64,000 nt of DNA from Octopus sinensis (Eukaryota): positions 51,646,001 to 51,710,000 of the forward strand of contig NC_043013.1 of the NCBI RefSeq assembly GCF_006345805.1, in the 5' to 3' direction. Under the pieces are notes generated by a model. It was given only the letters and a program-made list of their open reading frames with translations, searched no databases and was not told where the DNA came from. The translations under genes and the position numbers were made by a program. Positions 11,199 to 23,463 of the stretch are shown piece by piece. Every line of letters starts with the position of its first letter. Position 1 is the stretch's first letter.

Positions 11199-11276
11199 TT
11201 CCCTTCATCAGTTGTCCCCTGTTTTATCTACTCCGCGTTTCGAAGGTAAGGACAAGACGCGAATTCGTTGAAACAG
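11199..11276 (-). ncRNA. Candidate non-circularly permuted (pseudoknotted) hammerhead ribozyme
   Basis: Minus strand: CUGUUUCA-ACG-AAUU-CGCGUC^UUGUCC-UUA-CCUUC-GAAA-CGCG-GAGU-AGA-UAAAACAG-G-GGACAA-CUGAUGA-AGGG. All core nucleotides are present, stems I and III pair well, and stem II is short. Confidence 0.65.
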
Positions 11277-11440
11277 TCCTTCACGCAAAACAAATTAAAT
11301 AAAATTTGGGATTTTTTGCGGGGGGTTAAAGTGGTAACTAAAACATGATAGTATGTGTGTGTGTGTATATATATATATATATCTATATATATATATATAT
11401 ATATAATATACTCAGAATGAGCAACAAGAATGACTCCGGT

Positions 11441-11531
11441 AATTTGGTACGATCATTTCGTACTACATCATTTTATTAAATGTCGTAAGTATTACAAAAG
11501 ATTTAAGATGCTGAGTACTCATCAGCCAATT
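11441..11531 (-). ncRNA. Type I hammerhead ribozyme motif with canonical core
   Basis: Minus strand: UUGG-CUGAUGA-GUACU...AGUAC-GAAA-UGAUCG-UA-CCAA, with a near-palindromic stem III and a GUA cleavage triplet. Confidence 0.8.
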
Positions 11532-11753
11532 ATAGAGGTTTTCCATTATTACAAAAATTTTCAAATCAAGTGGCAACATTATAGAGAAGGTAGATATATA
11601 GGCAAAGATGTGAATTTAAATTTTAAGAACATATGAGGTAGTAGAGTCTCTCAACTGACTGACTAAGATTTGGTTGTTCCAGACTGCTGTAAAGTTATGA
11701 GGAATAGGTTGAAGGAAGCAATAAAGATTTTCTAATTATAGAAATGGGGTATA

Positions 11754-11807
<54 letters not shown>

Positions 11808-11829
11808 ACGTTTTTTCCATAGCGTTTTT

Positions 11830-11899
11830 GTCTTAATAACTGATGAGATGCCAAGCAGACTTTAGTCCCAGTATCCGAAACTCTGACTTTTATTATGAC
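11830..11899 (+). ncRNA. Type I hammerhead motif, stem III degenerate
   Basis: GTCTTAATAA-CTGATGA-GATGC...GTATC-C-GAAA-CTCTGAC-TT-TTATTATGAC. Stem I pairs at 9/10 and stem II has 5 bp. Confidence 0.7.
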
Positions 11900-12854
11900 A
11901 ACTAACTCATTGTCCTATATTATATTTATGGATAAATTCCCCTATTTACATAATATCGAGGTATCATTCATTCTTTTGTTGTCATATTATAAATATATAT
12001 AAGGATAAGATCATTATTTAAATATCGAACTTATCAAGTGGCCAGCATGGGAATAAAAACTACGCTGGAAATAGCAGCCAAAACTTGACTCTAAAACCAC
12101 ATTAAATGTTCATACAGCACCAGGAGAGAAGACAAAAAGACAAAATAAACTAGCATACACACACACACACACACACACACCACACACGCACGCGCTTTTG
12201 TTGGGTAGTTGTAATGAATACAACCGTCCGGCGAACGGGAACGTGAAACTCTCAGATTTTGCAGGTTTTATAAAAGTATGTTACTCTACCTTAGGTATTC
12301 AAGTACTATTGTTTTCTGCTTTGTTTTACATTCATGTGCTTGCTTGTGTGTGTGTGTGTATACACGCACACAGCGTACAAACATTAGGCTTTCGATCCGC
12401 TGGAAATAGCAGTCAAAATCATCTTCACATTATACGTTATTGACCTGAATGAAAAGAAGACTGCATTGGATAAAGTACTTCTAAATATATTCTAATTCTT
12501 GCGGGTTACATTTTCTTGACTGGTGAGTGCCTTCAAGCGTAGATCTACTGGATCAATACTGTCCTGGGGTTAAATAAGAACATGAAGTGAGACACAACAC
12601 CCACACCACAGACAGATATATATAGATGGGTATGTATGTATGTATGTATGTATCTATCTATATATCTCTCTATTTCTCTCTCTCATATATATATGTGTGT
12701 GCGTGTGTGTGTATGTATATATAAATATATATATATATGCATATCCGCACTCAACTTACAGACATACAAAATATACACCACGCACATTCACACACACACA
12801 CATATAATATACCAACATATAAAGAAAATATACCGGTTCTCGGTTCTTTCAACG

Positions 12855-13226
12855 AAGAGTGAGACAGTGAAAGAAACGGAGAGGAAGAAAAGTAAGGGGC
12901 ATAGAGTGAAGGAAAGGAAGAAAGAAGGAAGGAAGAATAAAGTGAGAAACACGGATGACAAGGTGGGGTAGACGGAGGAGGAGGAGGAGCGGAATGAGAA
13001 ACAATAAAAGGACAATGAAAGAGAAGGGGAGGAAGGTGACATAAGAAAGACAGATAGAATGACAGACAGATTGAGAGAGGGTGATTGAGTATCTAAGCAG
13101 GACAGAGAGGGAAATGTATGTGTGTAGAAAGAGAGAGAGAGATACAGAGAACAAAGAGCAAATAAGAAGTGAAAAAGAGTTACATGAAGTTATAGTGTCT
13201 CTTTCTCTCTCTTTATCTCTCTCTCT

Positions 13227-13298
<72 letters not shown>

Positions 13299-13537
13299 AT
13301 CTCTCTCTCTCTATCTATCTATCTATCTTTCAAACTAACTATTCTTTTACTTTTTCTCTTTTCCTATCGTTTCATTCATATCCCCCCCCCTTTCTCACTC
13401 TCTCTTTCACCTCCCTCTGCTACCCACCTTTCATCCCCCTTCACTTCCTCTATCTTCGCTATATACACACACATACGCACGCACACATACACACACACAG
13501 TGTCACTTCTCTTTAATCCTAGCACCGTCTCGCTCAT

Positions 13538-13572
<35 letters not shown>

Positions 13573-14716
13573 CACACATGCACACACAAACTACGCACGT
13601 ACACCCTGGCTTTCTTCCTCTTACTCTCTATCTTTCTTTTTAATCCCAATCCATCTTTCTCTCTCTCTGTACTAAGTTCTCTCTTTCTATTCCCTCCCTC
13701 ACACGCTCCATATATCTCTACCATTTCACCTCCTTTGATCTACCCGCACTAACTTCTTCTCCTCCTCCTCCTCTCTTGTACTTACTTTTTAATCTTTCCT
13801 CCCCTTCCTTCCATTTTATCCTAGCCACTGTACCCCCTCCCTGCACACATACACCCTTTCTCTTTCCCCTTCTCTCCTCTTCCTCTCTCTCTTTTACCAT
13901 TCATCAAACTTCCCCCTCTCTCTCTATCTCTGTGCCTCTTACCCTCTACCGGCCGTCGACTCACTCCCTTTACTCACTGTATCAAAGCCTCTACTACTCT
14001 ATTACTCTTTCCCCACCGCTAACACACGAACACATACACAAACGCGCACACACATACACACATCACACATTTCTCTCTCTCTGTCTCTTTCTCTCTCACT
14101 ATTTATCACTCACCCACCTCCCTCTCTCTATATTATTATTTCTCTATCTTCTACCCTCCCCTATCTCCACTTCTCTCTAACACTGCACTCTTACACTTTC
14201 ACACATGCTTACAGTCTCTCTCTTAGTTTATCTGTCGTTCTATGTATCTCTTTCAAGTCTGTCTTTTACTCTTTCACTGTGCCCCCCCCTCTCTCTCTCT
14301 CTCTCTCTCTCATAGTGGCTCTTTTTCCCGTCTGTCTCTCACACTCTTTCATTACTTTCTCCCTCTCCTTCTTTCTCTCAAACGCAAGCAAAATTTCTGT
14401 TCACCCCTCCCTTTCTCTCAGTCTTACTCTTTCACCACTGTTTCTCTCTTTTTTTCTCGTAAACACACCTTTCTCTTCACTTTCTCTTACACTTTCACTA
14501 CTGTTTCCCTCCCCCTTTCTCTCTTCTACTCACAATCCCTGCCTATCTCTTCTCTTCTCCTCTCTCTCTCTCACACACACACAATCTCTACCTATCTCTC
14601 CTACCCTCTCTGTCTCACACAGTCTCAACCTATCCCTCCCTGCCTCTCTATCCTTTTCTCTCTCCCTCCCTCTCTCTTTGCCCTCCCCCCTCCTCCTCCT
14701 CCACATATGTCTACAG
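12855..14716. repeat. Purine-rich tract (~12855-13190) followed by a ~1.5-kb pyrimidine-rich low-complexity tract
   Basis: GA-rich then CT/TATC/CA-rich sequence, ending at CTACAG just upstream of the FERM exon. Confidence 0.85.
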
Positions 14717-14729
14717 TCCCTCTGTAGCA

Positions 14730-14903
14730 ATGTCCACGAAACTGTTAAGGTTTCTCCCGCGGTTTTTCCGCGGCAATAAAGACAAGGAGAAGTTGTCTGG
14801 TCACAACAAATATTGCCAATATGTCGAGGACGGAATCAAAGCTGGAGACTACGTCTGTCGAGTAATACTTTTGGACGACAAAGAAACCAATTTAGCAGTA
14901 AAG
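14730..14903 (+). CDS. First coding exon of a FERM-domain (band 4.1 superfamily; FRMD3/5- or EPB41L5/Yurt-like) gene
   Basis: MSTKLLRFLPRFFRGNKDKEKLSGHNKYCQYVEDGIKAGDYVCRVILLDDKETNLAVK. The CxVxLLDD motif marks the start of the FERM F1 lobe. The exon ends in phase 0 at AAG|GTAACT, a position where band-4.1-family genes commonly have an intron. It is a complex-sequence island amid simple repeats. Confidence 0.8.
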
Positions 14904-15194
14904 GTAACTCACCTACTTCCAGCTATCTCTCTCACGCTGCTCTTTGAACTTTTCACAGCCAGATTGAACACCAATTTCTCTGATATTGCACTTCGATTCT
15001 CTCTCTTCCAATTCTGCACTCTTTGTCTCTCCATTTATATTCTTTGGAATTTCGAGCTGTGATTTATTTTATTTCTGTCTGGGTATTTTATTCGTTTTCC
15101 TTTTTCTTTTCTTTTCAATCTGTCTGTCTATCGGTGTATTTGTGTCTTAAGGGGTGTATCATTCTGTCTGTTTATCTGTCGGTGTCTGTCTGCC

Positions 15195-15599
15195 TGTCTA
15201 TCCGTCTATATATCTATCCGTAAGATTGCCTATATATCTATATATCTATCCGTCTATATGTTTATATATCTATCCGTCTATCTATCTATGTATATATCTA
15301 TCCGTCTATCTATCTGTTTATATATCTATCCGTCTATCTATCTGTTTATATATCTATCCGTCTATCTATCTATCTATGTATATATCTATCCGTCTATCTA
15401 TGTATATATCTATCCGTCTATCTATGTATATATCTATCCGTCTATCTATCTATGTATATATATATATATATCCGTCTATCTATCTGTTTATGTATCTATC
15501 CGTCTATCTATCTCTTTATATATCTATCCATCTATCTATCCGTCTTTCTATCTCTCTGTCTTTCTATCTGTCTATCTATTGATGTGTCTGTTTATTTAT

Positions 15600-15635
<36 letters not shown>
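15195..15635. repeat. (TATC)n-derived compound repeat with recurring TATCTATCCGTC units
   Basis: Seen directly. Confidence 0.9.
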
Positions 15636-16030
15636 GTGTGTGTATGTGCAGTTATGTATGTATACACGCACCAAAGTTTATCGATATTTGCCCAGCTATC
15701 AAAGTTTCTCTCTCTCTCGTATCAATCACTCAATCAAAGCTTGTATCGATACATCTATTTATCTGCCGAACTACCTACACATACCTATTTCTTACTTTCA
15801 GTTTATCTGTCTATCGATATTTATCCGTCAAAGTACTATCAATATCTGTCAGAATGTATCAGTACTCATCTGTGAAACAGCCTCTCTTTGTATAACCATC
15901 TGATTAACTATCGATACCTTAGTCTATTTCTCTGATTGTAGATTTCTGTTTACTTCTTTATTTTCGATCTGCTCTTCTCTATGTGCCTCTCTTTATTTGT
16001 CTGTTGGTCTCTATAGTTTATTCGTGTGTT

Positions 16031-16252
16031 TCTATCTACATATCTATCTACATATCTATCTACATATCTATCTACATATCTATCTACATATCTATCTACA
16101 TATCTATCTACATATCTATCTACATATCTATCTACATATCTATCTACATATCTATCTACATATCTATCTACATATCTATCTACATATCTATCTACATATC
16201 TATCTACATATCTATCTACATATCTATCTACATATCTATCTACATATCTATC
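16031..16252. repeat. Perfect 12-bp tandem repeat (TCTATCTACATA)n, ~18 copies
   Basis: Seen directly; it explains the STYL/ISIY/HIYL ORFs. Confidence 0.95.
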
Positions 16253-16277
16253 TGTCTCCAGATCTGTCTGTCTATAG

Positions 16278-16353
<76 letters not shown>

Positions 16354-17136
16354 GTTTATTTTGTCTGTCTGTCTATCTATTTATCTGTCTGTCTATTTGT
16401 CTATCTCTTTATGTCTATTTATTTATCTATCTGCCTATCTATCTTTTTCTCTATCTGTTCGTCTATCTCTGTCTATCTGTCTGTTTGTCTTGTGTCGGTC
16501 TCTCTATTTACCTATCTATGATAATCTGTGAATGTATACTCTCTCTTTCTCTCTCTCTCGTCATTTTTCTTATTTATATTTATATCCAACATTTTCCACG
16601 TGTAAACTTCATTTTTGTCTTCTGTCTGGCCTTCCCCCCTCCCTCTTTGTGTGTGAAACTATCCTCTGATCATCTCAACGTTAATAATTCCCAGGTGCCT
16701 GTGGGTGCGTGTCTGTCTATAACATGCAAGCATATATCCACATGACCCCCACCACACCCACACACACGTGTGTGTGTGTGTGTGTATATATATATACACA
16801 TATGAAAGTGAGAGACATGCCTACACACAGACATATATTATACATGCATATGTATATGCTTATATAGATATGTAAGTAAATACATATACACACGCATACA
16901 AGCGCATCTGTATATGCACACATGTATATGCATATATATATATATGTACATATATATATATGCACATATATATATATATTATATATATATATTCTTTTAT
17001 ACTTTTCAGTTATTTGACAGCAGTTTTGGTCGAACAAATCGATCCCAGGACTTATTCTATCGGGATCTTTTGCCGAACCACGAGGTCATGGGATCATAAA
17101 CACAACACCGTGGGTTGTCAAACAATGGTGGGATGA

Positions 17137-17213
<77 letters not shown>

Positions 17214-17718
17214 CATGCTTCTTTTAGTTTCCGTCTACCAAATCCACTCACAATTCTTTGGGCGACCCAAGACTGTAGGAAAAGATGTTAGCTCCATGTC
17301 CCAGGGAGTGGGACCGAACCCAGAACCGTGTGGTTAGAAAGCAACCACATTTATATATGTCAGAGATACATATAGACAAGCATTAACTTCGTACTTTGGT
17401 ATGCATTCAGAAAGAGAATTATAAAAGGCAAGACATTCCCCAACACTACCACTGAAATTCCTGAAGATACCACCTTGGACACCTCCCCACCACCACCATT
17501 GACATCTACACCCCAGCACACACATAAACACACACATTGTCTCTTGTGTTTTTTGGCACTTATTGTCCACACAAATCCTCACCTGGTTTCTAATTACCCA
17601 TACAGTGCAAGCATATACATGTATGTAGATAGATAGACAGATAGATAGACAGATAGATAGAGATATATAAATAGTTACATGTATTATGTGTGCATATATA
17701 TATATATATATATACATA

Positions 17719-18094
17719 CTTTTTGCTTGTTTCAGTCATTTGACTGCGGCCTTGCTGGAGCACCGCCTTTAGTCGAGCAAATCGACCTCGGGACTTATTC
17801 TTTGTAAGCCCAGTACTTATTCTATCGGTCTCTTTTGCCGAACCGCTAAGTGACGGGGACATAAACACACCAGCATCGGTTGTCAAGCAATGCTAGGGGG
17901 ACAAACACAGACACACAAACATATACATACATACATATACATATATATACGACAGGCTTCTTTCAGTTTCCGTCTACCAAATCCACTCACAAGGCATTGG
18001 TCGGCCCGGGGCTATAGCAGAAGACACTTGCCCAAGATGCCACGCAGTGGGACTGAACCCGGAACCATGCGGCTGGTTAGCAAGCTACTTACCA
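17719..18094 (-). mobile_element. SINE family A copy
   Basis: Reverse complement of 30719-31143. Confidence 0.85.
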
Positions 18095-20392
18095 CATACA
18101 TACATATACATGTGTGGTATTATATATCTAATAGATGTATGTGTGTGTGTGTGTGCATATATATATATATATATTTATGTATATGACTGTGGTATGTGTA
18201 TATATGTAATATACGTATCTATGTTTATGTGTATGCATATATATATGTGAGTGTGTGTATGCATATATATGTGTATGTGTGTGTATGCATATATATATAT
18301 GTGTGTGTGTATGCATATATATGTGTATGTGTGTGTATGCATATATATATATGTGTGTGTGTATGCATATATATGTGTATGTCTATATGTGTGTGTGTGC
18401 ATATATATATATGTATGTGTATGTGCATATATATATATGTGTGTATGTTTGTAAGTGTAAGTATATGTCTATGTATATGCGAATATGTATGTAATATTAT
18501 TTCATTATTTTTAATGCCTGTTTACTTCAAGATTTCCCCAATACGGTCTTCTTGAATCAGCATCATTGAAACTTCAAAGCAAACAGTCATTATGACTATA
18601 TATATATATATATGTATATATATGGTACCTTTCTTCTTTTAATTCCTCATTGAGTGTATGTTTGGTGTACTGAAGTACGCAAACTTATATTATGAGCAAT
18701 TTCATATCATCATCATCATCACCTCTATCATCTTTTAATATTCAGCTCTTGGCTACACTAAGAGACACTGCCCAATATGCCGTGCAGTGGAATTGAACTT
18801 GAAATCGCACGCCCACACCTGTGCATCATCATTATCATCACCATTATTTAAAGTTCACTTTTCCATGCTTGCATGGCCCAGATGGAATTGAGTAGCATTA
18901 TCTATGCCCAGATGCTACACACACACGCACACACACACACAGGTGCAGGCATGGCTGTGTAGTAAGAAGTTTGCTTCCTAACTACATGATCCTGGGTTCA
19001 GTCCCACTGCGTGGCACCTTGGGCAGGTATAATCCACTATAACCTCGGGCAACCTAAGCTTTGTGAGTAGATTTGGTTAACGAAAACTGAAGGAAGCTTA
19101 TCATATGTGTGTGTGCATGTTTGTCTCCCACTAGTGTTGGTTTGTTTGTGTCCCTGTAACTTAGCAGTTTGGCAAAGGAGACTGATAGACTAGGTGGTGG
19201 GGGACAAATACACATACACGACAAGCTTCTTTCCAGTTTCTGTCCACCATATCTACTGTCAAGGCTTTGGTCAGCCTGAGGCTATAGTAGGAGACACTTG
19301 CCTGAGGTGCCATGCATTGGGATTGAACCCAGAACCATGTGGTTGAGAAGCACAAGGCCATGCCTGCATCTAATACATAATATATTTGTGTACAAATACA
19401 TATAATGAATCACTAGTGTTGTAAACATTATTGACTGCACATAATGTATATGTTATGTTTGTTCACCGCTTCGCTGCAGTAAAGCACTTAGGGGATGACT
19501 CCCTCATTACGCTGGGTGTTAAAACAGCTGGACGTCATAGACAGGTGAAACAACCCACCTCCAATTAGATTCAGGAGTGATGGATACCAATATTTTGCTG
19601 TTTGTGTGGCTCATCAACATTATGTGCCTGAATCGAACCGGGGACAAATCAAATAGCCAGTCTGTGATTATATATTGATAGCGTAAAAACTATTCGCTGG
19701 TAATTCCACTGCATTGCATCCATAAGATTAAATTTAAAAACAAATTAAAAGCAGCACTGGTATCGTGAACATTATTGCCTGCACATAAAAATGGACCCAC
19801 TACACTCTTGGAGTGGTTGGTGTTAGGAAGAGCATCCAGCTGTGGAAACAAAGCCAAATTCAGACTGGAGCCTGATACAGCTCTCCGACTTACCAGCTCC
19901 AGTCAAACCATTTAACCTATGCTAGTGTGAAAACCACCCATTACACTGTTGGAGTGGTTGGCATCAGGAAGAGCATCCAGCTGGAGAAATCATGCCTGAT
20001 GAGGCTGGAACCTGGTGCAGCTCTCTGGTTTAGCAGTTCCAGTCAAACCAGGAAAACAGACTCTAGATAATGATCACACACACACACACACACAGGCTTC
20101 TACATAGCTCCTTCCTACCAAATAGACTCACAAGCTATAATAAAAGACACTTACCCAAAGTGCCATGCAGTAGGACTGAACCCAAGACCTTGTGATTGCA
20201 AAGTGAGCTTCTTAACAACACAGCTATGCCTACCCCTGTACATGCTGAATCTGTTTACATCCAGGTTTTCCCTCTGCTCATTTCTACTTCATCATATAGG
20301 CACGCCATTATACAATTCTATATTTAAGAGATGAGGAATTATGTACATTGTTTACATTTGACGGATATTTGTTGTCATTTTGTTTGTTGTTA

Positions 20393-20436
20393 ACACAATG
20401 TTTCGGCTGATATACCCTCCAGCCTTCTTCAGGTGT
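20393..20436 (-). ncRNA. Minimal type I hammerhead motif
   Basis: Minus strand: ACAC-CUGAAGA-A-GGCUG...CAGCC-GAAA-CA-UU-GUGU. Confidence 0.75.
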
Positions 20437-20590
20437 CTTGGGGATATGGTGTAGTGGTTAAGAGCACGGGCTACTAACCCCAAGATTCCAAGTTCAATTC
20501 CAAACAGTGACCTGAATAATAATAATAATAATAATAATCATATCAAAAAATACCTTAGGAATGAGAACCCAGGTTCGAAATTTCCCCAAG

Positions 20591-20634
20591 ATACCTGATG
20601 AAAGCTGGAGAATGTATCAGCCGAAATGTTGTGT
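20591..20634 (+). ncRNA. Minimal type I hammerhead motif
   Basis: ATAC-CTGATGA-A-AGCTG...CAGCC-GAAA-TG-TT-GTGT. Confidence 0.7.
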
Positions 20635-22599
20635 TAACAACAAACAAGATGAGGACAAATATCTGTCAAATGTAAATATTGTATGCACACCATTGTTTAC
20701 GCATCCAATGTATCACACTCACTTCATTTCTTTATGGCCTGCATTCAAGCATCATAACACCTTGCAGCCCTGCAGCATCACACTTAGTACACAAGTCTCA
20801 TACAATCTACCCTTCACAGTGAGTGAGTAGTTGTTCTTCGCTTTTTTTTCCAGCCCATTCTTACTCTGGCTATCATTCTTTCAGAATCTATCCCCACTGT
20901 TAATTAGGCGACCAGGATAACAAATCCTGTTACCCACTTTCAGGGATTTGCCCCAGAATCGGAAAGAATCCATGCCTCATGTACTTTTAGTGCTTCTTGC
21001 ATTGGTGCATCTGCTGTATGAGAAGTCTGCGTTCTCTGGTAGCTTTCCTCTGATCTTGTTGCACTTCTTTGGCATCAAAAGCTTACACTGGGTTCACCAT
21101 GTGGGATTTCTATCAACTCCTTTACTGCTTATCATGCAATGCCGTTTCCCTGAAGATAGAACAAGCCTATCACATGTATGTATATGTGCGTGTGTGTATG
21201 TATGTATGTATGTATGTAGGTGTGTGTGTATGTATGTGTATGTATATATGTATGTATGTGTGTGTGAGTGTGTGCGTGTATGTATGTGTATGTATATATG
21301 TATGTATGTGTGTGTGAGTGTGTGCATGTATGTGTGTGTGTGTTTGTATCAATATATAAATGTGTGTACGTATCAATATATGTATGTATGTGTGTGTGTA
21401 TGTATAGGTATGTAAACATATGTATTGATATGTGAGTGTATATATATATATATATCTGTGTGCACATGTGTGTATATATATATGTATATATGTGTGTGTT
21501 TAAGTATACATATGTGTGTGTATGTGCATATGTGTGTGTAACTTTGTGTGAAATATATATGTATATAAATTTATATGTATATCATGTATGCATAAAACTC
21601 TTGATCCTTACGTCACTTTGTAACTTCTGACACACACACTCACACACACACACACACGTGTGTGTTTTTAGTGCTAACTAGATACAAGCTGGACTTGATC
21701 AATCTCGGTGGCTGGGTTTCCTGTGTGAAGGTGATATCTGATTGATGAAAGACCTCAAAACACCCAATAGCCTCAGCAAACATTACTGACGATCCGATGT
21801 ACCCAGGTGCATCAGAAGATGGTGTGTAGAAGAAATTACTTACATATCTGAGAGAGGAGATACTGTGTATGTGTACCTGTATGAGGGTACTACAGGAAGG
21901 ATTCAGTTAAGTGCAACTGACTCCTGAAGGCTAGCCTGCGGTGGTAGTGTACAGTTCTAGCGAGTTCTTTTAAGTTTTGGGTGGAAGGAAGTACCCTGCT
22001 GTGAGGCCTGGAGGAAGGAAAAGATTAGGTAAGTCTGGAGACCACCATTCCACAACATTTCACTCCCCCAACACACGCACACCCTCAGCTCCACCATTTT
22101 ATGCTATGCATTGTGCATGTAGGGGCCACATAATCTTATGTGTCCTTTTTTCCCCATTAGATATTTACAGCTTGATAAGAAAAATTTTTTGGCTGCTATC
22201 TCTAGCAGTCACAGCTACTTCAAAGAGACAGTCAGCTCCTGTAGTTGTGAAGTCACATAGGACAGACTGTACAGTTTTATAGGTGACTCTTCGTTAGAAA
22301 AATTTTTAAATACTATTGTGGTTGAGTTAATTAAGTACTTAACTAATCATGGTTAAGTTAGTGCTAATCTGTTTAATAAAATGAGGTTCACTCCCATCAG
22401 TTTTAATGTATGAGAAGAAGAGGACTTAAAGAGAATAATAGAAAGAAGACACAAAAAAGACACTAAGAAGCTGTGTCTATCTGCAATGGATGCATGAATG
22501 TAATTTAAGTCCAGGAATGGATTTTGCTAAGAAGTCGCAATTGAATGGTTTTGAATTTGCCTGGGATTGGACAAGTGTGTCTGTTGGTTGCAGAATATA

Positions 22600-23306
22600 C
22601 GAGGGTGACTCAAAAAGTAATGCCATTTTGTTTAGGACAGGTATAATTACCAATACAGGAACATGTATCATACATCAAAATGAAGCTGGTCCTCTGTGGA
22701 GGCACATGGCCTAGTGGCTAGAGCAGCGGACTCGCGGTCGAGGGATCGCGGATTCGAATCTCAGACCGGGCGATGGGTGTGTTTATGAGCGAAACACCTA
22801 AGCTCCACATTGCTCGGCAGAAAGTAATGGCGAGCTTCTGCTGACTCTTTCGCCCCAACTTGCTCTCACTCTTTCTCCTGCATCTTGCAGCTCACCTGCG
22901 ACGGACCGGTGTCCCGTCCAGGTGGGGAACCTATACGCCAAAGAAACCGGGAAAACGGCCCTTATGAGCCAGGCGTGGCTCGAGAAAGAAGGATTACATC
23001 CCTACTTCTCAACATAATAATCACTGTTTCTCTCAATAGCAATGTCCCACCTTCGAATGAGAGCATGTACCCCTGCCCAGTAAAATTCTGTTGACTATTC
23101 TTTGAGTCACTTCTTCACTACAGTTTTCACTTCCTCGTCACTGGAATAATGTTTGCCTTTCAAATCCTCTTTCGTGACGCCGAAGAGATGATAGTTTGAA
23201 GGCGCTAAATCTGGTGAGTGTGGAGGTAGTGAAGAAGTGGCTCAAAGAACAGTCAACAGAATTTTACGGGGCAGGGATACATGTTCTCATTCGAAAGTGG
23301 AACATT
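22600..23306 (-). mobile_element. Mariner transposon remnant interrupted by SINE D, with an internal inverted duplication
   Basis: Terminus TA|CGAGGGTGACTCAAAAAGTAATG. Minus strand ~23001-23163 translates to KGKHYSSDEEVKTVVKK*LKE*STEFYWAGVHALIRRWDIAIERNSDYYVEK, a mariner C-terminus. Part of it recurs on + at ~23228-23306. Confidence 0.8.
22696..22990 (+). mobile_element. SINE family D copy
   Basis: Colinear with 8086-8391. Confidence 0.85.
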
Positions 23307-23431
23307 TAGTTCTTCTATTGTTTTTTTTTCTTCAACTCAAGTTGCTTGGATGCATTGTGACATGTTTTATGCCATACAGATCTATCTAGGCAATGACGTT
23401 TCCCAAGATATCAGATTAAGCTGGAGAGATT

Positions 23432-23463
<32 letters not shown>

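Larger units (their letters stand above)
20351..20676. mobile_element. Penelope-like inverted structure with ~94-bp arms around a tRNA-like head and (AAT)n
   Basis: Arms 20351-20444 and 20583-20676 are reverse complements, and each carries a hammerhead motif. Confidence 0.75.

Noticed and set aside
15154-16531. Long ORFs rich in IYLS/STYL (also 33677-34417, 50819-51289, 4313-4739, 47640-47952, 51625-52051)
   Set aside because: These are translations of microsatellites that lack stop codons in some frames.
21672-22035. Possible exon ending at a strong AG|GTAAGT donor near 22028
   Set aside because: No open FERM-compatible frame from a plausible acceptor; cannot be supported without RNA data.
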